A stretch of 63,232 bases of DNA, the filler included, from Octopus bimaculoides (Eukaryota), in NCBI RefSeq assembly GCF_001194135.2. It is 4 parts of 3 records of this genome, joined end to end, with 100 filler letters (N's around TTAATTAATTAA, not from the genome) between each part and the next. Parts side by side here need not be neighbours in the genome. Positions count along the whole stretch, not along the records: positions 31,832 to 61,974 come from NC_068989.1; 3 more parts are not named here. One strand, written 5' to 3'. Within the stretch, counting starts at the first letter, position 1. Each line of letters begins with the position of its first letter. The position numbers and the translations under genes are program-made. The notes beneath the pieces are model-generated. The model ran no database searches, was not told where the DNA came from, and saw only the letters and a program-made list of their open reading frames with translations. This document shows, one piece after another, positions 36,244 to 50,305 of the stretch.

Positions 36244-36912
36244 CCGCACGCACACACACACAAACACATACACACACATATAAACTCATGTGCATGCATA
36301 TGTAGATTTAATGATGTAATCTAGAATACATGTGGGAATATAGAATATACATGCAAATCACATTAGGAAATTCGTATATCATTATCAAAATGTTTATTTT
36401 ATATTAATACGGGTGCTGCTTAGTGTAATTTGAATGTATTCCTACATATATATTACATTATAATTATCATAGTCCTGACTTTGTTTGTATCGGACACTGT
36501 AGTAACTATATTATACAAACGCATACCCACTTTCCTTGGGCGATACGCTCTGCACAATTGTCGCTAGTTTGTTGCTATTTTTTTCCTTCTGCAGAAAGAC
36601 GTCACTGTTTTAAATCCTACCAAACGTCGTATGGTATTTTGCTTGCCTTAGTCTTCGCTAAAATCTTCGTTTGATTTTGTATATTTGCCATGTTTCTGCT
36701 AAAGCAAAAACGTGGTAGGAGTGTGTCGGCAATTCTACTTATGAGTGCACCGAAGTTACCTTAGCCCTCGGTTACAAGCTGATGAAAATGTATCGTGACC
36801 TGGTTTTGTATTTTGTTCTATGGGTTTTTCCTTTCCTGATATCTGAACTTTTAAATTTTCTCACACCTCCGTATGTATATGTGTATGTATGTATGTATGT
36901 ATATATATATAT

Positions 36913-36994
<82 letters not shown>

Positions 36995-38279
36995 GTGTAT
37001 GTGTGTGTGTGTGTGTATGTATATNNNNNNNNNNNNNNNNNNNNNNNNNNNNNNNNNNNNNNNNNNNNNNNNNNNNNNNNNNNNNNNNNNNNNNNNNNNN
37101 NNNNNNNNNNNNNNNNNNNNNNNNNNNNNNNNNNNNNNNNNNNNNNNNNNNNNNNNNNNNNNNNNNNNNNNNNNNNNNNNNNNNNNNNNNNNNNNNNNNN
37201 NNNNNNNNNNNNNNNNNNNNNNNNNNNNNNNNNNNNNNNNNNNNNNNNNNNNNNNNNNNNNNNNNNNNNNNNNNNNNNNNNNNNNNNNNNNNNNNNNNNN
37301 NNNNNNNNNNNNNNNNNNNNNNNNNNNNNNNNNNGGACGGTTTAGGTTGCTTTAGTGGTATTTTTCACCAAATAATTGAACTACTGAGAAGGTTTATGAG
37401 TAGTACGGCAATCTATGTTTCTTATTAACCTGAAAAATGGGTATTGTGGCGGGCGTTGCACTTTAATGATCATACAACATATAAGTTTGAAAGTGATGGA
37501 AAGTAGAGCTACTGAAGTGTTTGGGGAGTAGATTACGTATAATGACTACAAAATATAGTTGTTTTACATGAATGCGAAATTTCTTGTCAGAAACAACCAC
37601 ATAAATGGTGTAATGAAATTGAAGGAAGACGTTGAAACTTCCTCTTTGCGAGTTTATTTTTTTCAACAGCAGTGGGAGCTATCTTTTCGGAGAGATAAGC
37701 TAACAAAAGCCCTTTATTCTGTCTTCCCACATAGCCTCCTCATAAACTAACAGCAAATGCTGCATAAAGTTAAATTGGTAAGAAGCTTTTTGAAAGATAC
37801 GTATAGCTTTCGCTAGTGGAAGCAAAACTCTTATTTAAAGGTTGATTCTATGGGACAATCATATGTGATTATTTAAAAGAAACCTAGAACGACAATGCTA
37901 AAACGTATTTGAAACAATGGACAGTAGTCGAAATATCATAATGGATGGGTAAATAAGCATCCTTAAAGTGAAACAACGCATTGGTAGGTAAACAAAGGTA
38001 TCAACAAATAGAAGAGAGGGAAGGGAACATCACCTTTCAAGTAACTCAGAATAGTTCTTTGTTTTTGCTGCAATCTCGAATCCAAATCCATTTCCAACTT
38101 TGGAAAGACTTTTGAATAAGAATTTAGGGAAATTCCAATCATGAAATGTATTCTAGTAATTCAGAATTGCCAAAGATTAATGCAATTTAAATATGGAGAT
38201 TAAGATTGTTTGGTATTGGATATCCATCGCGTACAGTCGAAATAAATTGGATATTCACCGTGGACAGTCGAAATAAATA

Positions 38280-38720
38280 AATAGACACAATCCTTTCATT
38301 TTTATAAGAAAAATTTTTTAAAGTATGGAAGATCCTGCATACAGAAAACTATGTCCATTTAGGTCCATTTACGCGGGAGTACAGAGCAAAATGTTTAGTG
38401 CATGACCATCCTTGGGACATAAGTAATGTGTGTGCAAAGTTTAGTGAAAATCGGTTGAAGATTGTGGAAATGTATACGATCAGTGTTCTCAGTCAATTTA
38501 ATCACCGCCAAGGATAGACAATGGAAATAGATAGACAAATTTCTTTCACTTTTATAAAAGATTAAAGAAGTATAGAAGATCCTACGTACAAAAACTATGT
38601 CCATTTATGTCCATTTACGCGGGAGCTTTAGGCAAAATGTTATAGTATATGACCATCCGTGGGACATAAGTAATGTGTATGTAAAATCTGGTGAAAACTG
38701 GTTAAGAAATGTACGCCTTA
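38280..38720 (+). repeat. Two-unit tandem repeat (period about 247 bp) with Helitron/HINE-like subterminal motif
   Basis: ATGACCATCC-GGGACATAAGTAATGTGT-TG-AAA-T--GTGAAAA--GGTT at 38402 and 38649; Helitron call rests on recalled motif similarity. Confidence 0.5.
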
Positions 38721-38751
38721 GTCATTATACATACACATATTGTGATTTATA

Positions 38752-38790
<39 letters not shown>

Positions 38791-38796
<6 letters not shown>

Positions 38797-39124
38797 AGAG
38801 GGATGACCACTAAGTGGATATCCATTATGCTAGAAGAAGACCACGTATGGTCTGACCACTAAGAAAAGATTCTTTTCTGCTGCCTCTCCCACCCTGCGCA
38901 CAGCCATTCCTTTTTCCTTTCCTTTCATTCCAATGGATGTATGCAACCTCCATAACGACCAGGCAGGGAATCCCCTACGACCAGCCTCGACTGGGAAAAG
39001 TCTTGACTGCCACCCCTTCTCCCTAGGGAAAAGGAGAAGGGGGAATCTTTTCTTAGTGGTCAGACCATAGGTGGGCTTCTTCTAGCATAATGGATGTCCA
39101 CTTTGTGGTCATCCCTCTTATATG
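38791..39124. mobile_element. 334-bp MITE with 82-bp terminal inverted repeats
   Basis: 38791-38872 vs rc of 39043-39124: 4 mismatches in 82 bp; flanked by TA/TATG repeats. Confidence 0.85.
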
Positions 39125-39480
39125 TATGTAATAAATTTTTCTGAATCTTCAGATTTTTCAATATGCTAGGACACTGTTGACAGGCCTCTGAGGATTAAAG
39201 ATAAAGTGTTAACGCTTACGGTAAGCAAATTAGTTGCTCCGGTTTTCTGTATCTACTGCAATTGTTGAGTATATAAACAAATTCGGTACTTATTTCTCTG
39301 AGGCTAATTAAATTGAGCAGTGGAGATCGATGTAATCAACTTACTCCTTCTCTAAAATTGCTGGCCTTATGCCAAAAGAATGTAACAACCAATCAACTAC
39401 TGCTATGTATTTCTAATAAATCGCCTTGAAAATGGAGCACTTCGCGAGTCTGAAGTTAGAAATATTGATTTATTTTAACC

Positions 39481-39518
<38 letters not shown>

Positions 39519-40339
39519 CAGCAGCAGGAACAGCAGCAACAACAGCGGTACATCGCGATCGGCAACTACGGTTACTCATGCTATCTAAACATAGATCAAG
39601 CATGTTTGTTCAATCGTTCAGTCATTTCACAAATTCAGAACCATATATCCTTTATATAGCAATCGAGTGTATGATTTGAGGACATTTTGATTGCTTTTTC
39701 TAACAAGTTTCATTAGCGACAAAACGCAGACTCTCTCATATGGTTCAGACAGGTGATCTGATGACGTTTGTACGTCATGCACCAACACATACCTGACTAG
39801 TGTTGCGCATAAAAGAAAAAAAAAAAGAAAGGTATCAAAATAATCCCGAACAGATTTTTTTGTCTTTGTACAGCAATGACATGAGAGTTTCTCATGTCAG
39901 AATAGGAATATTGAAATTTTAATAGCTTGTTTCATTATGTCATATTTGCTTTTGTTTTGCATAAAATCAAGTCAAGCTTATGATCGGACAGGCACATAAT
40001 GACAACTATTTTACTGTTTGTCTTTCATATCTCAGTGTGGATAATAGCATTCTTAGTTATGAGTCAATCACCAGTTTATTGCCTTTGTTAAAGCAAAAGT
40101 TGAAGTTGGTGTGTGTACTTCGGTCGCCTTCATTCGCTGACGCTTACATTCTTTGGTGATATGCACTATTGAAAGTAATATCTGAATCTTCACCTATCTA
40201 TCTTACAGTCCGTCTTTAGTTTTGTATGTCTGTTTCTCTGTATCCCCTTCTCCTTCTATACTCATACACATACACATACACATACATTTAAATATATGCC
40301 TATATGTGTGTGTGTGTGCATTTATGTAAGTATAATATA

Positions 40340-41075
40340 TATATGTGCGTTTATAAAATTAGATTAGCCCCTTGGTCTGATACCCAAGAGGGGATTGAAT
40401 GGTTTAAGCTTCTAGAAATTAGTAAGATTAGTAAATTCTTGCAACTAGATATAGAAAGCTATTGTGACACTATCAACGCGATCGTCCTTAATCAAGCCCT
40501 GATTTGTAGCATGAGAAATTCCGATTTGTTCCGCCGTGAAATAGATATTAAACTTGCCGCGCGAGCCACTTTAGTAGATATTATTGGTGGATTATGGAGT
40601 AGATTACATAGGGATAAGGGCTTTGATATTGCAGTGGGGTCATATGACTCTGCACCGGTCACTTTTGCTCATTTGCTCAGTTGCTCATTTGTTTCTATAT
40701 ACTTATATGTATATAGAATACATATATGAATACAACCTTGTCTATGCAGTTACCAGCTTTTTCCAATCTCTATAATCTTCTTTTAATCTGTATAACTCAT
40801 ACATGTGTGTGTATTCATCAATTACAAGTGAATAAATAGACATACTTGAATATTTACTGGCTAATGTTAGCCGACTTTATATCCTCTACGTTTTCTTATT
40901 TGCCGTATAAATCATAGGTAAATCACTCTTTTACCTACGCCCAGATATAATACTCAGTTGCGAGATTGCCATGTAATAACTAGCACTTGACTATGAAGAA
41001 TTGGGTACACTACCAGCAGCATATTGAATAGGTACTATCCTTTAGTTAGTTTCTCAACCTCTAACTCACACAGAA

Positions 41076-41120
<45 letters not shown>

Positions 41121-41910
41121 NNNNNNNNNNNNNNNNNNNNNNNNNNNNNNNNNNNNNNNNNNNNNNNNNNNNNNNNNNNNNNNNNNNNNNNNNNNNNNNN
41201 NNNNNNNNNNNNNNNNNNNNNNNNNNNNNNNNNNNNNNNNNNNNNNNNNNNNNNNNNNNNNNNNNNNNNNNNNNNNNNNNNNNNNNNNNNNNNNNNNNNN
41301 NNNNNNNNNNNNNNNNNNNNNNNNNNNNNNNNNNNNNNNNNNNNNNNNNNNNNNNNNNNNNNNNNNNNNNNNNNNNNNNNNNNNNNNNNNNNNNNNNNNN
41401 NNNNNNNNNNNNNNNNNNNNNNNNNNNNNNNNNNNNNNNNNNNNNNNNNNNNNNNNNNNNNNNNNNNNNNNNNNNNNNNNNNNNNNNNNNNNNNNNNNNN
41501 NNNNNNNNNNNNNNNNNNNNNNNNNNNNNNNNNNNNNNNNNNNNNNNNNNNNNNNNNNNNNNNNNNNNNNNNNNNNNNNNNNNNNNNNNNNNNNNNNNNN
41601 NNNNNNNNNNNNNNNNNNNNNNNNNNNNNNNNNNNNNNNNNNNNNNNNNNNNNNNNNNNNNNNNNNNNNNNNNNNNNNNNNNNNNNNNNNNNNNGTGTGT
41701 GTGTAATTGTGTATCTATCTGTGTGCGTGTATACATACATACATACATACATATAACAATTTAGCTAGGTGTAAATCCACCTAAGGGACATTAAGTATTT
41801 TTGGCCGATTTTGTATGGTGACTGAAGGAGGACAAAATGAAGTACAGCATAACTTGGTCCATAGTAAGGCATGCGAAACCATACAATATAATTTCCACTG
41901 CATTCTAATA
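40340..41910 (+). mobile_element. Degenerate PLE (RT fragment, gap, EN fragment)
   Basis: 40340-40700: PWSDTQEGIEWF...FLQLDIESY...FDIAVGSYDSA (RT); 41800-41900: VW*LKEDKMKYSITWSIVRHAKPYN (EN); same strand and expected order; one element is inferred. Confidence 0.7.
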
Positions 41911-41998
41911 GTCACATTCATAATATTTAGACTTGAATTAATGTTTTAACATAAATAGATACATGTGTGTATGAATTGTATATGTAATCAAATTGTAA

Positions 41999-42029
<31 letters not shown>

Positions 42030-42205
42030 NNNNNNNNNNNNNNNNNNNNNNNNNNNNNNNNNNNNNNNNNNNNNNNNNNNNNNNNNNNNNNNNNNNNNNN
42101 NNNNNNNNNNNNNNNNNNNNNNNNTATATATATTTACAATTTGAATACATATAGTTCAATTGCAGCTATTATTAATTATTATTGTTATTATTGTTGTTGT
42201 TGTTG

Positions 42206-42258
<53 letters not shown>

Positions 42259-43324
42259 TATTATTACTGGTAGATTGGTTGGCATGCCGGGCAAAATACT
42301 TAGTGGCATTTCATCACCTACAGGTGAAACTCAGAGCAGGAAAAGACTGACTCGGCTGAAATAATATATATTATCCATCTCTACTGTGGTATTGAATACT
42401 CTCTATCCAACAACTTACACTAGAAATATATGTGTGTGTGTCTACGTGAGTATCAGCGAAACGTCTTTAAGAAAGTACGTTTGGTATTGAGAGAGAAAGA
42501 AAATTACAAATATAAATATACACTCAGCAATCACAGATTGCGCGATTCCTTAAGTAAACGATTCGAGGACATTTTTTCCTTGAATAATGAAAAAATAATA
42601 CAATATAATTACGCAACAAATATGTTTACACCATAGAAGAAATAATACCACGTTGAACACATCATAATAAATAAATGCTTTAAAAGTGGTTTGAATTGCA
42701 AACAAGGTAAATATCTTAGGATGTAGAAGTAGTGGTAATGAAAATGACAGCAACTTAATAGCAATTTAGATTAGCAAAGAAAAAACAAAGTTACCATGAG
42801 TTAGCCAGAGAAAAGGAATTGGATTTAGAGACACCAGATACAATAGAATAACAAAAGTTATCACATTAAAAATGTATTTATTCTGTTGTACCCAGTGTGA
42901 CATTATTTATTCTGTTGAGCAAACATGTGTTATCGTAATTATGTGTTTTTTTTCTGTTGTGCAAGGAGGGTATGTCCCTGAACGATCTACTTAAGGATTC
43001 GCGCATCAGTTGTATAATAAATTTTGTGAATCTGTATATAATATCGAAATCGAGCAATACTAGTAAAGAAGACCCGACGGATTAATCAATGAAAAGAGTC
43101 AACATATAAATATTAAAATGTACAAAACCCAATCAAAATACTACTAAGTAATTAGCCAATGGAAACAAGAGAGACTCAGAGAAAAACTTACACCGCTACA
43201 CAAGATAAGACACCAGTTTTCTATACCAACAATATGTCACACGGGGACATGAAATACGACTCGAAAGAAAATATTTCAATTTAAGTAATATATTTGTGTG
43301 TATATGCGTTTGTAGTCATATATA

Positions 43325-45790
<2,466 letters not shown>

Positions 45791-45819
45791 ATATTAACCT
45801 TTACGTCTTACATGTTGTC

Positions 45820-46835
45820 GCCGCTTCCGCCGCCGCCGCCGCCGCTGCCGCCATTGTTGTCATGAATAGTATGCCTGTAGAGCATTCATGACACTGCAAT
45901 GAAAGTCTTTCCGATTAAGCGCGAGTTCTCCAGCTGCCTTGCCACTCGTGTCCAACCAGCTCATGAAATTGTCCATCCATTGCATTTTCTGCCTGAAACT
46001 TCCTTCCATGATAATGTTTTCCGAACCTCTGCTTTTCCGAATATGACCATAATAGACGAGCTTTTGTTTTTTCACAGGGTTCTAGAGTAGCCGTTTTTCA
46101 CCATCTTCTTGTAACACCCATTCGTTTATCTCACGATCCTTGTAAGTGACTCGTAACATTCTCCAATACACCCACATTTCAGATGCATTGATTTTGTTCT
46201 CTTCAAATTTCTTCAGAGTCCATCCTTCGCAACCATAAATGCTTATCGGCCAAATGAGTGCTCGCACGAACCTTATTTTTAATTTAATCGTGACACTTTT
46301 GCTGGTTCAGTTGTTATTAAGCTTTTCCCTAGACGTTCCTGCCATGACTAACCGTGACCTAATTTCTTTCTTACTTGTAACTGCATCTGAGATTTGGGCT
46401 CCAGCATACTTGTGCAATTCAACCTGTTCGAGCTTCTCACTATTCAGACTGATGTTAACGTTTACTTACTCTTTTCCTACTACGGTGACTTTTGTTTTAT
46501 TATGATTTAGATAAAGGCTAAGCGCATTTGATACCTCCTCAATTCTATACATCATTTCTTGTAGTCTGGTTTCAGTCTTGGCAAGTAGAGCACTATCGTC
46601 TGCCTATCTTAGATTAGAAATATGCAAAACCATTTATTTTGATACCATCTTTTTCCTGTATTGGTTCTCGCATTATCCACTTATTGGATAATGAAGTATT
46701 TCGAAATACCAAGATTGGTCATGATGCGTCACATGTGGCTATAGTTTTCACAGTCAACGGCCTTTCTGTAGTCAATGTACCGAAGTAAAGTTGTAAGGTT
46801 GTGAGCTCTTGTGTTTTTTTCTAAAATGGTGTGGA
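45820..46835 (-). mobile_element. RTE-clade LINE, RT and 3' end
   Basis: ILEK...IDYRKAVD; ISNLR*ADD; IYGCEGWTL...EMWVYWRMLRVTY; YYGHIRK; (GGC)n-like tail. Confidence 0.85.
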
Positions 46836-47420
46836 ATTTATTCACCAACTTCAGTTGAGAACGAGGAAATGGCTTAACTTTTCTGTGAAAAACTGCAGAA
46901 CACAATGGACAAATCACCAAAGCAGGACATAGTAGTCACTATGGGAGACATCAATGCCAAAGTAGGACAAACACCTCTAATAAAAGAAGTTATTGGATGA
47001 CATGGTGCGGGGATGGCAAACGGCAGAGGATGGAGACTTGCAGAATTCTGCCATGCAAACAAGATAATTTACTTGAAGATCTCCTAAGGGAATGACAAAA
47101 AATCAGATAGATTTCATTCTTGTTCAACACAGATGGAAATTAAACATCACAATCTGCAGAACATACTCCGGAGCCGACTGCGATTCTAACCACTATCATC
47201 TTATGGCTACATGGATCATGCGAATGAAAAACTTGAAAAAGAAACTTCCGCCCCTACAATATAATCTCGAAACCCTCAGAGAATAAACGGTAGCTATCAT
47301 CAACAGATTTGAAACGTTACTCAATATGCAAGAAGGGAAGAGCCCAGATGATATGTGGTAATAGATGAAAACTGAAATTCTTGACTCTGCCGAAATACAC
47401 TTGCCAAAAAAAAAAAAAAA
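46836..47420 (+). mobile_element. RTE-clade LINE, AP-endonuclease part in inverted orientation
   Basis: IYSPTS...EKLQNTMDKSPKQDIVVTMGDINAKVG...NGRGWRLAEFC...NQIDFILV...ADCDSNH. Confidence 0.85.
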
Positions 47421-47827
47421 NNNNNNNNNNNNNNNNNNNNNNNNNNNNNNNNNNNNNNNNNNNNNNNNNNNNNNNNNNNNNNNNNNNNNNNNNNNNNNNN
47501 NNNNNNNNNNNNNNNNNNNNNNNNNNNNNNNNNNNNNNNNNNNNNNNNNNNNNNNNNNNNNNNNNNNNNNNNNNNNNNNNNNNNNNNNNNNNNNNNNNNN
47601 NNNNNNNNNNNNNNNNNNNNNNNNNNNNNNNNNNNNNNNNNNNNNNNNNNNNNNNNNNNNNNNNNNNNNNNNNNNNNNNNNNNNNNNNNNNNNNNNNNNN
47701 NNNNNNNNNNNNNNNNNNNNNNNNNNNNNNNNNNNNNNNNNNNNNNNNNNNNNNNNNNNNNNNNNNNNNNNNNNNNNNNNNNNNNNNNNNNNNNNNNNNN
47801 NNNNNNNNNNNNNNNNNNNNNNNNNNN

Positions 47828-47905
<78 letters not shown>

Positions 47906-49257
47906 AAAAGTTTCATAGATTCAGAAAACAAATTACAGTTGATGCAAATATATAATGAGTGATTATTTCAAATATAATTTTACATTTGAAAATAAGCAAG
48001 AGTTTACTATTTACGAAGTCAAATGGAAATTTAACATACAGTATATAAATACAGTACTTCACTTAAATATCGTTATTAATAGTTTGGTGGAAATATTAGT
48101 GCAGGAATATTCAGTGTTATATATCAACTTCAAACAAACCAGTTTTTTAAAATTATAATAAAGTGTTGGAAGACCACGGCTTTAAGGATAAAAGTAAGGA
48201 CAAATAATTGTAACTCCACTTTTAGACATGGCTAAATTATAAATGCACAATTAGTCTATTTATTCCATTGTCTTAATGTAAATAGACATATTGCCAGTCA
48301 TGTTCTTTCTTTTAGAGATTCCGAACAATCCTTTTGCTTTTCGTATTAACCTGGAACATTTTTGCCAAACTCCGCTCCATATTCTAGTTCATTATGTAAT
48401 TGTAGATCTAGCTTTTCTGAGAATCACAATATCTTGAAATAGCATGCTATATCTCTGGACAGAAAATCTGTAGATATTTCTAAATGTCGACAAAAAAGAG
48501 TACTTTCCAGAGTCAGTTTCATTCGACTCACATGGAAAATAATGCCGGAGAAAAATAATAGTTTGCTCCCTTGCTAACGGAAGTTAATTATGTTTGAGTT
48601 GCTTTTCTTACGCTCTAGTAGCGTCTTGACATTCTTGCACGGCAGTGTCTTATGCAAAAATCCTGCAATCACTCCTATCTCTTGACCTGCTTCGGCCAAC
48701 GGAAAACAATCTTACAAGTAACCAGTACATATTAACCTTTCAAGTAACATGCAACAAACGCTTCATCCATGATGAATATTATATTCAGTTGATGCCTACT
48801 TCAGAAACACCGAGTAATGGCCACTTGTATTAGCAACTGTCCACCTAAAGACATAAATCTGAGGTGATTCATTCTTGCCGTCGCAGCAAACGGTGAACGA
48901 CTATTTCGAAAAAATAATTCCTGAGTAAATCAAAGGACTTATTTCCTTTTTAAGGAGAGTTAATCTTGACTATTTTTATTTCTTTCTGGTAGCAGCATTT
49001 TTACATTCTTGTAGCATTCTCCTAGCATAAGATACTCTGTAGTATTATACATACTAAAAGTCTGAAATTATTTCTACCACGTGATCTACCTCGTCCAAGG
49101 GTAAATCAAGTTTATCAATTATGAATAAGAACCCAACTGGAGAGTCGCATGTGATTTACACTTCATTAATGACTGATATATGACTGACTAACACGCCTAT
49201 TTGTGTCAATGAAAAACACAATAGCAGATGCTTGAATCACCGAATATTCACCAAGGG

Positions 49258-49513
49258 CAGAGGCTCTCAACAATTTCTTACCAATGGACCCCTTTGGTAC
49301 CTATTTTGCTTGGGTGAATCCTCAAACTCATTCGATGTTTAATAACAATCCCATATCATTTTTATAAATAAATTTATATGTATAGCAATTGTATACGACA
49401 TTGTTAAAATATTTTGTATATTGTAGAAGTATAACCAACTTATTGCACATAAACTTTAGCAACAAAATCTATGGATCTCCAAGGGTCATGTGGACCCCAG
49501 TTGAGAACCATTG
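49258..49513. mobile_element. Old hAT (Charlie-like) MITE
   Basis: TIRs CAGAGGCTCTCAAC / rc CAATGGTTCTCAAC; 8-bp flanks ACCAAGGG vs ACCTAGAC (5/8). Confidence 0.65.
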
Positions 49514-49892
49514 ACCTAGACATGTACACACAAGCATACAAAAGCTAACAAGCGTATATATATATACGCGTGCATGGTACATATAAATATAAATAAGTAA
49601 CAATTGATAGATAAGTGTCAATTAATTACAGCCGTTTCAAACGATTTTTTTAATTGATCAAGGAGTACATTATATCATTATAAAAAACCTTTTTCATCAG
49701 ATGAATACGTAAATTTTACAATCAAGGACATCTAAAAACATTTTTTCATCCACGACACATACATATTTTGTGATTCCACGACCGTCGCTCACCTAACTTG
49801 GTGCCTTACCTTTACCGAAGAAAATTCTTTCTCATACATATTATGAAATAGAAAGAAAGAAGAGCTCAGCAGTACTGGTAAATTATCTTTTA

Positions 49893-50305
49893 TCTTTTAA
49901 CTTTTACTTGCTTCAATTACTTGATTGCGGCCATGCTGGGGCACTGCCTTGAAGAATTTTTAGTCGAATGAATCAACCCCAGTCTTTTATATTTTCTTTT
50001 TTTTTAGGCCTGCTACTTATTCTGTCGATCACTTTTGCCGAACTGCTAAGTTACGGGGACGTAAACACACCAGCACCGGTTGTCAAGTGGTGGTGAGGAC
50101 AAACACAGTCACACACACACACACACACACATGTATATACGGAGAGATTCTTTCAGTTTCCATAAACCAATCTACTAAGAAGGCTTTGGTCGGCTATAGA
50201 CTTTAGTAGAAGACACTTGGTCAAGGTACCACGCGGTGGGACTGAACTCGCAACCATCTTGTTGGAAAGCAAGCTTCTTACCATACAGCCATGTCTGCGC
50301 CTAGA
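49893..50305 (-). mobile_element. SINE-A
   Basis: Similarity to SINE-A; further fragments at 61103-61225 (plus) and 62644-62730 (minus). Confidence 0.8.

Noticed and set aside
48600-48860. Minus-strand NIIFIMDEAF resembling a Tc1/mariner DDE motif
   Set aside because: Single short motif, many stops, no TIRs seen.
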